In this document: positions 38,430-52,262 of the stretch, in pieces
Numbering within the stretch: the first letter of the stretch is position 1
Layout of the letters: the number at the start of each line of letters is the position of its first letter
From: Eledone cirrhosa
Taxonomy: Eukaryota
Direction of reading: 5' to 3'
Length of the DNA stretch: 64,000 nt
NCBI GenBank assembly: GCA_964016885.1
Contig: OZ024740.1
Coordinates: 247,380,001 to 247,444,000 of the forward strand
Made by a program: the position numbers and the translations under genes
Notes under the pieces: model-generated
Database searches by the model: none
The model's input: the letters and a program-made list of their open reading frames with translations, nothing else
Told to the model about the DNA's origin: nothing

Positions 38430-41400
38430 ATTTCTTTATTAACCACAAGGGTTTACATAAAGTAGACATTAAGGACAGTGTAGGACAATACAGGACGATA
38501 CAACGGGCATTTCTGCGTGTAAAAAACAAAAAGAGAGGATGTAACAAAAAAAATAACAATTAAAAACTCCCCAGTATGGGGGAGACTTCGGAGGAACATT
38601 TGTGGAGAAAGTCCAGTAAAAGGCCACAGTGACCCTGACCACCAAGGCAAGTGCCCTCTCCCAGTTTTCCACCTTTAATTTACAGATACGTACCATTCTT
38701 GCTTCTCTCACCATCTTTCAACTAAATGCTGGGAAGAGAGCACGGATCCCAGCACGGATCCCAGCCCTCCACGTAGCGGGTGTTGACAGCAGATGGACCG
38801 CCTGACCATCGGAGCGCGTCCCTTCCACAAAAAGCGAAAGAGCAAACGCTCCAGCGCAGTCAGGTGGGGCTTAGGACAAGGTACGACGGTCAGGCGGTAG
38901 CAGATGACAGACGCGATGTACGCGTTAGCCACCTCCGCTCGACCTTTCAGGGATAGCTTCCTCTCCGCCCATTTCTGGGTGAGAGAAGCCACCCTGCTCG
39001 TCACCTCGTTCCAGTTTTTGTCCGTCTGGAGGTCCGGACCGAACCAGACAACTAGCAATTTAACCGGTCCGTCCGTCCAGCGCCCGACGACGCTGTTGGG
39101 CGGCATGGACCTGTCTCTCCAGGTGCCGAGCTGCAGGCCCACTGACTTTTCCTGGTTGATAATTACTCCTGTCACCGCTTCGTATTCTCTTAGTATAGTG
39201 CCGATCGCCTCGATGTGTTTGGCGTTCGACACCACTACGGTGACATCGTCCGCATATGCTGACACGGATCTTCCGCATCCTAGTTCGCGCGGGACGACCC
39301 TCAACGTGTCTAGTTTGTGCAGTAATCGCTCGAGAGTCAATACGTATAAGAGGGACGAGAGGAGACATCATTGGCGGACCGAGCGCATGATGTTGAACGG
39401 TTCCGAAAGGTGACCGTTCACTCTCACCACAGAGCAGATGTCGCTGTGCATGGCAGCGATCCTGCCTCTGAAGACGGGCCCAAAGCCAGCCGCCCTCAGG
39501 ACTGCCGTTAGGTAACGATGGTCGACCCTATCGAAAGCTTTCGACTGATCTAAATTGATCAAGGACCCACCCGTGCCAGGTTCCCTAGATACCCTCTCTA
39601 CGATGTATCGCATGAGGTGGAGGTTGTCGTGGATGGATCTGTCGGGAATGACGCATGTCTGCGCCTCTCCCACCAGACCACCAACGACAAGCGCCAACTT
39701 CTTTGCTAGCACCTTGGCCAAAATCTTGAACTCTGTGTTTAGCAGTTATGGGCCTGAAATTATCTATGTTATCCCCCTTGTTCGAATCCTTTCTCAGCAG
39801 CGCTACAGCTCCTCGGCTCACAGAGCTGGGAATTCTCCCGTTCTGTTGCCAGTTGCAGTAGACGTCCGCCAAGAGGCCTCCGAACAAGTCTGGCATCTGT
39901 ACGTAAAGTTCATAGGTCAGACCATCCAAACCAGGCGATTTACCACTTGTGCAGCCAGTCATTGCCTTCCGTACTTCAGCGGCTGTTATCGGCTTTTCGC
40001 AACACTCCGCCTCAGTGGCCGAGAACCGCGGCAGTCCGTCGAGGTAGACACTAAAGTCCATCCCTCGACCCGGCCCACCGCTACCCCCGAACAGCTGCGC
40101 GAAGTGTCGCTGAAAAGCTTCACATATTTGCCCGAGATCGAGTAGCATGCGCTCGTCGTGGTCCACCAAAGACCGGATCGTGGCTTTGTTACCACGACGT
40201 GCCTCCACCACTCGGGCCCATTGAACGGCTTTCGTCCCCTCGTGTCTGAGAGCACGCACCCTAGCTCTGACAACGCAGCCTTCATGCTTTGCATTGAAGA
40301 ATTGGTCAAGGGCCAATTTCGCCGCAAGCACGTCGGTCGCGATGCCTTAGCTAAGCGCCTCGTCTAATTTTCTAACTAGTTCTCCCTCTGCTCTATTTTT
40401 CTCTATTGCTAAAGCCTTACTAAACCTAATGGATTCTATTCTAATCGCTCTTTTCAGAGCAAACCACCCCTTGTTGTTGACGATGGCCCCCGTCAACGCC
40501 CGCTTAACTAGTTCGCTAATCCGGTCTCTGTAGGCCTTGCGCGCTGGTAAGGACGCGTTTAGCTTCCAGTAGTCGGCTCCTCGTCTATGAAGCCTATCTA
40601 AGTCAAGCACACAGATCACGAATTTGTGGTCCGTGTAGCTGACTATCTTGAATTGTGGACAGCCTATGCTAGACCTATCAATTTCCCTACAAAATACTCT
40701 ATCTAGATATGATCTGGATGACCCTATGCGATTTGTCCAAGTCCACATTGGTACATTCGGGAAATCCAATCGGTACCTGCCAGACAGTTCAAAACGCCTG
40801 AGCAGGTTCGTGAGACTCTTGCACCCTCCTCCCCTATCCGCTAATCCCACACAGTCCCAGCGTGCATCTAAGATCCCGTTCCAGTCGCCACTAACACTAA
40901 AGAGCGGGACGTTCCAAGAAAGGTCTCCGGACGCCGGAAGAAATCAGACCGCCCTGCTCCTGTCGAGGCATAGACGGTGACTAGCCTGAAAGCTTGCCCG
41001 TCTCCGCTGGTCACGTCCAGCACCACCAACTTACCCTATGGGTCCAAGAAGATGGCCCGTATTGCGAGATCCAAACCTTTCCGGAAAAGCACAGCAACTC
41101 CTCCCCCCGATCCAGGACGGCTGGGAGATGCGTACACATCGTAGCCGCCGAAGATCGGTGCGAAAGCCCGTGCTTCGGAGATTCTGGTCTCGCTGATGGC
41201 CACTACAACTATGTTTAGTGACCTGAGGTGGTTGAGCAGGTGGCCCTGCTTCCATGACGACCCCAAGCCACGCGGATTTATGCTGCCTATTCTGAGTGAG
41301 GTCATGTTTAAAATGGAGTGGAAAAATGGGAAAAACCACTTACCGTACTTTTCGTAGAGGAGGGATGGTTTCTCCATCCCATTTCACTTGATCGTCTGTG

Positions 41401-43666
41401 TGAAGGGACCGTTGAATCGTCCCTTCGGCTGGTCGTCCGTTCTTCTATGAGTATGTCCGAATATACTCTCCGGTTGAGAGTCCCTCCTAGGTCTCTGAAA
41501 TCACCAACTGATTTGGGAAATTTCGTTTTAATGTTTGTGTATTGTTTCTGTGTAATTCTTACCAGTCTTATGTTCGTTGGTGTTTTGATTGGTGCTGGTA
41601 TTATGTAGTCATGCTGTGAAATGTCTGTGTGTTCAATTATGTAAGTCATTAGTTTCTTGTTGTGTGTATTTATTGCCGTGCATTTGTTTTTCTGGGGGTG
41701 GGGTGTGGTTCTGCTATTTTCTTGTCGTTGTTGCTGGGTGTGTGTGTTTTGTTGTTGTGTTTGCGATGTTGGTGCTTGTAGTGGTGGTGTTGGAGGTGTT
41801 GTTGTTGTTGGCGGTAGGGTTATCGCCGGTGGTGATGGTGGTGCTAGTGTGGGTGGTGATTGTGTTGGTGGTGTTGGGGCTGTGAGTCTCTTTGCAGTAG
41901 CCTTTACCCTTTTTTCATTTCTTTCCTCCCTTTTCGAAGGTGACGATGCGCTGCTTCTGTGTTTGTGCCGTCTTGCGACCTTTTGCCATCCCTCTCCCAC
42001 CTCACACTCCATCTCTGATTCTGTGACGTCGGGGAGGGGTACCAGCTCCACTCTTTCACTTGTTGTTGCTGGTGATGTTTGCAGTGGAGTCTCTGTTGGA
42101 GCTGCAGTTGGTATTACTGTTGTTGTTGTTAATACTTCCATTGCTGCCGCTGTTCTTGATTTCCGTGGCGTGGGTATGGGTGCCACGGACCTATCGTTCC
42201 TGGTTGCCGCTTGTCCAGTTGCTGGCAGCAGTGGAGCTGGTTTCGGAAGGAGGGGGGTTTTCTCCTTTCTCAGGGTCTTCTCGTTGCACAGCGAAATATT
42301 TCGGGTGTTTGCCCTCAACACCTATGGGCAGTTGAGTGCCGTTATCGAAGTCTATCACATCCGGGATAGCTTCGATGCACTTCTGGTTGGTTTGGATTAA
42401 CATCTCAATGGAGGTGCCGACCCAATCTTCTCTTACTCTTTTCAGTACTTGCAGTACAGTTGTTTTGTCCTCGATTCCGACGAGGACAGACTCGGCCAGC
42501 CAAGAAGGGGCCATCCCGGGGGGACGTGGGTCAGTTTGACCCTCACAATTTTTTGCCCGCAGTAGGAGGTCACTAACACCATACCTCGCTCCTTAGGGTC
42601 ACTAAGGATTGAGCCTTGCCTCCTGGGGTGTGGCAAAAAGTACGTCTACGGTGGCATATTTTTTGCCTCGGGTGATGTGCGTTTTCCGCTGCCACACAGA
42701 CCCCAAGGCTTTTTGTATTTGAGCCTCTGTGGCTCTTTCAACCCTACGGGATTTTGTGCTTACTGTACGGTACATGACCGTACAGTGTTGTTGGGTTTCG
42801 AAAAACTTTTCGGCTGCCTTGCAGATTGCTCGGTGTCCAGTTTTCGTCTCCATCTTCTTCGCTTCCTGTAATTCCTCATTTGTTATGAGGATGATTTCCA
42901 GGTTCTTTGCGATACCTGCAAACGAGATTGGTTTTTCTTTGCTGCTGCTGCTGTTTTTGTTGTTGTTGTCGTCAGAGCTGCTGTTACTTTTGTTGTTGCT
43001 GCAGGTACTACGACTACTGCCGCCGCCGCTGTTGCTGTGGTTGTTGTTGTTGTTGCAGCTGCTGCTGTTGTTGTTGCTGTTGCTGCTAATGCTGTTGTTG
43101 TTTATGCTGCTGCTGATGCTGTTTCGGCTTCTACTGTTGTTTTCCTTGTCACTGTTGCTGCTGATTCTGTTATTACGGCTGCTACTGCTATTATTCATGA
43201 CGTCAGATGAATGAAATGGGTTTTCGTATTTACCGCCCATCTTTTTCGTCGTTGTCGTCGTCGTGGAGAAATGTTCCATGCTTTGCACGTGATTTTTCTT
43301 TACTGGCGTCGCTTGCGAAAGAGAATGGAGGGAGAGAGACACATTTAGAGAAGGGAGGGAGAGAGACAATCTTCTCTCTGCTGTAGTGACGATTGAGGAA
43401 GAAGAAGACGGAATGAGTGGGAGTGACTTGTGAAAATTCTTTTTCGTAGCCATGTTTTTTTTTGTTTAAAATAAATATTGGGCACAAAACCCCAATAAGC
43501 GGTTATTTAAGCACGAAGGGCCAAATAACGGGCAGAAAGACCCCTCTCACAAGGAGGAGGGTGTTTTTGTCTACAATTTGGTTAAAGTTTTAAACAATTT
43601 ACAATTGTTATAGCGGTCAAAATTTACAATAACTTACAGAGCCGAGCCTCCGTCAACCATGGCATT
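38430..43666 (-). mobile_element. L1/Tx1-clade element with intact 5' end, ORF1 (~43453-41308) and ORF2 (41305-~38600), frameshifted, internally deleted near 3' end
   Basis: ORF1 stop 2 nt before ORF2 ATG (MTSLRIGSINPRGL); APE, RT (LDQSKAFDRV, AYADDV); AATAAA near 3' end; (AAT)n on both flanks. Confidence 0.92.
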
Positions 43667-43677
43667 CAATAATAATA

Positions 43678-43720
<43 letters not shown>
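43667..43720. repeat. (AAT)n microsatellite at the junction of two retroelements
   Basis: Direct reading. Confidence 0.95.
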
Positions 43721-43721
<1 letters not shown>

Positions 43722-46700
43722 TGCCTCCTGCTAAGTACTACTAGCACATCACCACCACCACCGCTGCCTCATTATCGCTACCGCCGTTATTCTCTCGCAC
43801 TACCTCCTGCTAAGACAGAGGGATCGTAGTATTCCCACTAAGTGAGGAAGGTATCAACAGATATAAATAGACTGATTTGATGACCCGGTCAAAAAATCAA
43901 TAAAATCAAGAATCAAAATCAAAACAGCACAGCAGCAACGAAAAACGTAAAGAAAAGAAAAAAGAAAAGAAAAACAAACAAACAAATGAACAAACAAAAA
44001 AAAACTAAGTCAGACATTCAAACATTACATTACAATGAAACTTATGCTTATTTTTTTAGGTTTTTACCTATTTGTTTGTTTATTTATTTATCTACAGCGT
44101 AAGTGCCACGCTAAAATCACCGGGGTGATCAAATCACTGGGGGTGATGAAATCACCGGTGGTTATGTAACCATACATTCACATATCCTCGATATGAGTGT
44201 TGAAATGTCGAACCTAAAGAGTTCGAATAACGGTGAAGTGGAGACTGGAATGTCATGTGACAGACTCTCATCCAGCAGGTGCTCCCTGGCCCAGCAGCAG
44301 GGACCTGGGTGTCATCCAAATACTGCTGGTGTTGGAGGAAGAAGAAGAAGGAAAGGGACCAGAACCAACTGGACGAAATAATTGAATAGAACTGTTATGC
44401 AATGTTACCTGAAGAGTAACCCCAAGGAAAAAGTCTATAGCAAACGGATGCATAGCATCTGGAACGAGATTGGTCTATTTAAATTAGATGAACAAAAATT
44501 GGCCGGGCAGGCTCGGGTAATAAGAACTAATGGGTGGATAAGCGAGCTGGAACTGGAGGAACTGAGCAGAGAGATTAGCTTGGAAATGGAGAGTGGAGTA
44601 TGCCAGGCAAACGAGCCAGTGGGAAATGAAGGTGAAGAGGTTGAGAGAACGGAGGAAGCATCCGAAGCAGACAATGATCTGAATGCTGAAATAAATAATA
44701 CCTGGAACAGAGATACGGCCATTGAGGAGATGAATGCTGACGGGCTAGGACAAGATTTGGTTGATATCCTAAACTTAGTGGTAGATGAAATGAACAATGA
44801 TACTGGGAAACCTATGAACCTAAGATTTGTAGACAGGAAAAAGTTAAAAGAAACAACAGCTAAGGTAAACAAAGTCATCCCATACCTTGAGGCGAGGAAC
44901 CTTCACCAGTGCAACAATATCGTCAAAGCAACAGCAAGTGCGGTGAGGAAATTACTTGGCATAAAAGCGAGAGGAAACAACAAACAAGAAAGATCAGAGC
45001 CTTGGTGGAAGAAACGAATGAATGGTCAAATCAAGGAAATGAGAAATGACATTGGAAAGCTTGCGTCCCTACTGAATAGGACACTACAAAACATAGACAC
45101 TAAAAATAGACGGGAAATAAAGTACAAAACTAGGAGGAAAAAGCTAAATATTATCATAGAGGAACTGAAGCAACGCATTGTAGCAAAGAGTGCAAAGATT
45201 AGGCGATACGAGAGCAGAGTCAGTCAGTATAGACAGAACCACATGTTTGACAACAGCCAGAAGATGTTGTTTGGACAGTTTGAAGGGAAAGAAAGAGGCA
45301 ACGACTTGATCCCTGAGGCGGAACAAACTAAAACATTCTGGAGAGGAATATGGGAACAGGATATTAAACATAATGATCAGGCAGTGTGCATTGAGACAGT
45401 ACAGAAGGAGATTAGTGAACAGGCACACCAACAAACTGATTTGAGTATCACAGTTGAAACTCTTAAGGGGCAGGCCAGAAAAGTAACCAACTGGAAATCA
45501 CCAGGCCCAGATGGTGTGCAGGGGTATTGGATTAAAAATATAACATCCCTCCACCCGAAACTGACAACCATGTTCAATGATTGCTTCATGTCAGGTGAGG
45601 TACCAGAGTGGTAGACAAAAGGTACCACAGTTCTGATAATGAAAGACCGAATCAAGGGTAATGATGTTACCAACTATAGACCTATCACATGTCTGTCCGT
45701 AATGTGGAAACTGTTGACAAGCATTATGTCTGAGGAAATCTACATCACCTCCACACAAACAACTTGTTACCGGACGAACAGAAAGGATGCCGAAAGAAGT
45801 CCCGTGGTTCAAAGGACCAGTTATTTATTGATAAGATGTTAATGAGGAATTGCAAGAGGAGACACACTGGTCTTGCCATGGGATGGATAGACTACAAAAA
45901 GGCATTTGACATGGTGCCTCATTCTTGGATCACCAAAAGCCTGGAGATCTTCAAGGTGGCAGATAACATCAGACAAAAGTATGAAGTCCTGGGAAACAGA
46001 GTTAACATCAACTGGAGAATCCTTGGAAAGCGTGAAGATCAAGAGAGGTATCTTCCAGGGAGATAGTCTGTCCCCTCTGTTGCTTTTCCTTGCCCTGATG
46101 CCCCTGACCAGTGTACTGCGAAAAGTGAGAGCAGGATACAGGTTGGGAAAGGGAGGGCTTACCATCAATCACCTCCTCTTCATGGACGATCTTAAGCTCT
46201 TCGGGAAGAGCGAGAAGGAGTTGGATGTGCTTGTTGACACTGTCCGTATTTTCAGCAATGATATATGTATGCAATTTGGTATTAGTAAGTGTGGAGTCCT
46301 TGTGATGAAGATGGGTAAATTGAGCAGAAGTAACAGAATCCAGGTACCAACAGGTGAGATGATAAAGGAAATTGACTCTGAAGAAGCATACAAGTATTTG
46401 GGTGTTCTGGAGGGTGATGACATCAAGAACAAAAAAATGAAGGAATTGATAAGAACTGAATACATTCGGAGAGTAAGGAGCGTATTAAAGTCACATCTGA
46501 ACAGTAGGAATGCCATAAGTGCAGTAAATTCCCGAGCTGTGTCTATTATTAGGTACAGTGCGGGAATTCTGAGATGAAATGTTGCTGAACAAAAAGAAAT
46601 GGATAGGAAGACTAGGAAGCTATTGACTATCTACAACAAGTTCCACAAGAGGAGTGATGTCGATAGACTCTACTTAAGGAGATCTGAAGGTGGAAGAGGT

Positions 46701-47714
46701 CTTATCAGCATAGAGGACTGTGTTCAGATGGAGAAAAACAACCTACACAAATACGTGACTGATAGTAAGGAGCCAATGCTCAGAACTGTACTGAAGGAGA
46801 GGACAATAGACCAGGGGATGTCCAAGGAGGAAATAATATGAAGGAGAAAGAGCAGCCTTCAGGAAAAATCCCTTCATAGTACCTTCTTTGAGAAAACTGA
46901 ATTCAGAGATCCACACACATGGAACTAGTTGAAAAGAGGAGACCTTAAAAAGGCTACAGAGGGAATGTTAATGGCTGCGCAGGAGCAGGCCCTCAAAACG
47001 AAGTGGTTGAAACACCATATTTACAAGGAGGAGGCTAGCCCACTGTGCAGGATCTGTGGAGAGAGAGAGGAGACTGTGGCTCACATTGTATCCGAGTGTA
47101 AACACCTAGCCCAGACTCACTATAAGGGCTGGATACATGATGTGATGGGCAGGGTGATCCACTGGCACCTATGCAAAGTAAACAATTTACCACATTCTGA
47201 GAAGTGGTATGAGCATAAGCCAGAGTCGGTGATAGAAAACGATCAGGTGAAGGTGCTGTGGGATTTTAGGATACAGACGGACAAGAAACTGGAACACAAT
47301 AGACCTGACCTGGTGGTTGTGGACAAAGAAAAAAGATCGTGCCTGATTGTGGATGTGGCCTGCCCATTTGACACGAGAGTGCAAGAGAAGGAGAGGGAAA
47401 AAATTAACCGATACCAGGACTTAAAGTGGGAGGTAAAAAGGATTTGGAACTGCCATGAAGTCAAAGTAGTCCCGATTGTCATAGACGCACTAGGTACTAT
47501 CTCAAAAAGTTTCCAGGGATGGTTAAAGAAAATTGGCCCCGCCACGCTTTTTAGAACGCTTCAAAAGGCATGCTTGCTGGGAACAGCAAGAACCCTCCGA
47601 TACGTCCTGAATATCTGAGGCTGCAGGTAGTGGCTTGATATTCATTTCAACAAACTTTCCAGTTAACTAACATCAATGACTGAGACTCAAAGAACAATAA
47701 TAATAATAATAATA
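43721..47714 (+). mobile_element. Near full-length R4/Dong-like non-LTR retrotransposon, single ORF (44193-47618) broken by stops and frameshifts
   Basis: [93 protein letters not shown]; (AAT)n at both ends. Confidence 0.93.
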
Positions 47715-47886
47715 CTATTTATATTTATGTATATAGTATAAACAACTATAAACAGCAAGGTCAGTAATTTCCTATTACCTTATTACCAGTAAGAGAAATA
47801 GCTCAATGTATGAACATCAGTTGTTTTACAGAGCAGGAAAATAAATAAATTACACAATTATCAAAGTTGTGTTCAAATCATTTAAT

Positions 47887-48789
47887 AGCTGACAATCGTT
47901 TCTTCCAATCTCTCATTTGGAGTCATCGGAGCATTATCAATGTTTGTACATGTAATTAACCTCCTATTCAACTGAACAATAATATAGATACATATATATT
48001 GATATTGTGAGCAACAGTTTCGTATTTACAGGGTGGAATGGATGTGACATATATTTTACGATAATTGTACAAACATTCAAATTCGAATTAAAATTAAAAG
48101 CACAGAGTGGAATACATGCAACAGATAATACAGGAGAATAGTCCAATAATTAAAGAGGCATTGTTAAAGGAGCTTTAAGAAAAAAAGAGTTCAATAGCAA
48201 TACATATGCAGATGTGTAGAAAGTGCACATGCGTTAGACAACTTAAACATTCAATATAAACATAATATAATTCAACATATGTAATGGAAGAGACTGCAAT
48301 AACTTTATTCCTCTCAACACACACAAATTCAAACACTATCAACATGCTACGTCCAACTTAGATTTTAATACACTACATTTTTGCTTAAAATACAGTATTT
48401 ATTTATCTATATATGCATAATAACTCTGCTTATTTCCTTCTCATATATATGTCTAACGCATGTGCACTTTCTACACACCTGCATATGTATTGCTATTGAA
48501 CTCTTTCTTTCTCAAAGCTCATTTCACAATGCCTCTTTAATTATTGGAGTATTCTCCTGTATTATCTGTTGCATGTATTCCACTCTGTGATTTTAATTTT
48601 AATTTTTGTACAATTCTCGTAACATATATGTCACATCCATTCCACCCTGTAAATACGAAACTGTTGCTCACAACATCACTATATGTATCTATATTATTGT
48701 TCAGTTAAATAGGAGGTTAATTACATGTACAAACATTGATAATGCTTCGATGACTCCAAATGAGAGTTTGGAAGAAACGATTGTCAGCT
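47887..48789. mobile_element. Foldback element with ~350-bp inverted arms, each ending in an HHR motif (47888-47932 on -, 48744-48788 on +)
   Basis: GCT-(C/T)CGATGA-CTCCAA..TTGGAA-GAAA-CGATTG-TC-AGC at both outer ends. Confidence 0.75.
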
Positions 48790-48824
48790 TTGATAATTGT
48801 ATAATTTATTTATTATATATATAT

Positions 48825-48864
<40 letters not shown>

Positions 48865-48899
48865 TGGAAAATGTGTGAGATCCTTGGTACAGTTAGGTA

Positions 48900-49073
48900 T
48901 ATTTGAAAATAGAGGAAAAGAATGACTTCACTTGTAGTGTTAAAAAATTTGATTTCATTTTTTAATATAATATTATGAGTTTGTAAATCTACCAACTCAT
49001 AATATTTTAATATTATGAAATTAAATCAAATTTTTTAACACTACAAGTGAAGTCATTGTTTTCCTATTTTTCA

Positions 49074-49076
<3 letters not shown>
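48900..49076. mobile_element. ~175-bp palindromic MITE-like hairpin
   Basis: AATGACTTCACTTGTAGTGTTAAAAAATTTGATTT and its reverse complement. Confidence 0.75.
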
Positions 49077-49147
<71 letters not shown>

Positions 49148-49197
49148 TGTGTGTGTATGTGTATCTTATACTGTATTTTTCCTTTCTTCTTTTCCAG

Positions 49198-49332
49198 GCA
49201 TTATACTTTAAGAAGAAATTAGCTGGTGTCGCTATATGGAATCTCACACTTGGTGATCCGAAAGGGAAAATAAATGGTACCAAATTCCCTATTGTACAAG
49301 CCGTTAAAGCAGCCCTATTAACTGGAGATTAA
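49198..49332 (+). CDS. Probable terminal exon of a GH18 chitinase/chitinase-like gene
   Basis: Strong acceptor TTTTCCTTTCTTCTTTTCCAG, phase 0. ALYFKKKLAGVAIWNLTLGDPKGKINGTKFPIVQAVKAALLTGD* matches the GH18 C-terminal pattern (LGG.M.W.L..DD..G....K.PL..A.K..L). Confidence 0.75.
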   Translation, partial: ALYFKKKLAGVAIWNLTLGDPKGKINGTKFPIVQAVKAALLTGD

Positions 49333-49470
49333 AAACAGCATATTCTCTATGTCCTCCCACTTTCTTCCTACTGTCACCCTCTCACTCCCTCACACACATA
49401 TAGACACGCACACACACTCACGAACACACACGAACACACACAATGTATATATATACATCTCTCTCTTTCC

Positions 49471-49579
<109 letters not shown>

Positions 49580-49584
49580 CATAC

Positions 49585-50343
<759 letters not shown>

Positions 50344-51261
50344 GTATATATATACGTATGTGTATATCGGCAGAAAATATACCCTGCGTTGAGAAGATCC
50401 AATTCGCCGAAAGTCAATTCCTTGTATTCTTTATTCTCTCCAACATTACATAAACGCACCTTTGTGAATTTGCGATGGCGGAAACGCAGTGAAACAGTGA
50501 TTGGCTTGTTCGGAAAGCAAAACTAACGACGCTACTGGTTAGATAACATGGTAGAAAATTACAACGAAAGTAATAATAGTGAATAGCTAATATGGCTACC
50601 TTGCTTATTACAGAATAGTTCTCTTTTGACCTGAAACCACTGCTGTATTATTTGTATTCATTTCATTGGACTTCGTCTAATTGGACAGGTTAAAATGGTA
50701 GAGTTCATCTCTTGTGTATTAGCACAAGAGAGTTTTCAATAGTCTAGAAGAGGATATACTGCTTCATCATGCTCACTAAGTTGCAATGTAATCGGAGTTT
50801 TGTTGGGTAACAAAGGGAAGGATCTGATAGCTTTTTCCGAGAACATTAGAATATTACAAAATGTTTGGATGATTAAATGGCAGGGGAGGAATATTAATTG
50901 AAGAAAAGAGTTGTAGACTTAACCAGTCCCCAATTTCACTCTACTACATGGCCCTTGGGTGCTTTTAGTGGAGAGTTCACTCTGTTTCGAACAATCGAAC
51001 TTGGTCTCCACATTGAGGATACTTTTCCCCACTCTCACCTATCTCGAGGGTCCTGAAAAGGGTCGTAAGCATCGCCTTTTCTCCAGACTAAACCGATAAA
51101 AACTATGTTGTTCTTATCATTTCCACACACTCATATTCATGTATGCTAATCATTACAGACATAGACTAACAGTAACACAAATTACACCCGCTCCCAATGA
51201 ATAATAAAGTGGCAAAAGTCAAGTCACTATATGTCAAATAATTGCTTAATTCTATCATCAA

Positions 51262-52262
51262 CTAGCAGTAAAGCCCGGCGTTGCTCGGGGTCGCTCAGTA
51301 GCTGTGTTAAAGTTACAATGTTAAGTTTCTTTCTTGGCTTAAAAACTGTAGTGTCTACGGTGCAGACTTGCATGTGGTGTTTTTGATTAATATTCCCTCA
51401 ACCAACAATATGCCTTATGAAGTTAAGAAAACATAACGATAACCCGAATGTTATAACAAAAGAGGATGCTGGGGATAGAAACTGCACTGGTTATTTATTA
51501 ACAAAGATCGAAAATGTAAACACTGCAACGCAGAGAAAAACATTAGCGTAACCAAATTATCAGTTATGTCTGTCTGCACGCCTATATCACCTCTCTGCAC
51601 GACTGTCTGTCTGCACGCCTATATCACCTCTCTGCACGACTATCTGTCTGCACGCCTATATCACCTCTCTGCACGACTGTCTGTCTGCACGCGTATATCA
51701 CCTCTCTGCACGACTATCTGTCTGTCTGCACGACTGTCTGTCTGCACGACTGTCTGTCTGCACGACTGTCTGTCTGCACGACTGTCTGTCTGCACGCCTA
51801 ACGACGAAATATTTGCTTGTTTTACGTAGTCTTTAAATAGACTTGTTTTCAAGTAAAAATATTGTTTTAAAATGCTTTTAAATGGAAATGAAGCAAAACG
51901 GAAGCTTAGTGTTCGAACTGATGAATTTTGCAGGTCAATATTTTGCTGGCTCGACAACTGTTCGTGTATTGTGTTAATGTCATTTTAAACGCTGAGAAAG
52001 CCAGCGTAATTTTTTACGTAAGACGCTCAATGTAAACAGAACAAAGGGAAATAACTGATAACTTACGCTCAAAAATCGATACATTATATTCGATTTCGTC
52101 AGATAGGGTGGGTCAATTTGAAATTTTTGTTTTTCCGATGTCTTCGCTAGGGCTCAATGTACAAGTATAGCAATTTCGGTGCAATTCCGTGAGAGATTCT
52201 AAGAGGAGATGTGTGCCAAAAATCGATAGACAGACAGACAACCACAGTTTTATATATATAGA
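51262..52262 (-). mobile_element. Non-autonomous Helitron, 1001 bp
   Basis: Minus strand: A|TCTATATATATAAAA..(GTCT)n .. hairpin CCCGAGCAACGCCGGG, then CTAG|T; no TSD. Confidence 0.85.
51566..51800. repeat. Minisatellite inside the Helitron: 37-bp units followed by 16-bp (GTCTGTCTGCACGACT) units
   Basis: Direct reading. Confidence 0.9.

Noticed and set aside
41657-43214. Plus-strand hydrophobic/Leu-rich ORFs resembling membrane proteins
   Set aside because: Antisense shadows of the low-complexity Tx1 ORF1.
44050-44110. Splice-like signals (TTTTTTAG, CTACAG, GTAAGT)
   Set aside because: Inside the Dong-like 5' UTR; no coding exon with a GH18-like or other recognisable peptide.
50365-50520. 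Hairpin CTGCGTT/AACGCAG followed by GAAAC
   Set aside because: No recognisable CTGANGA core or stem I.
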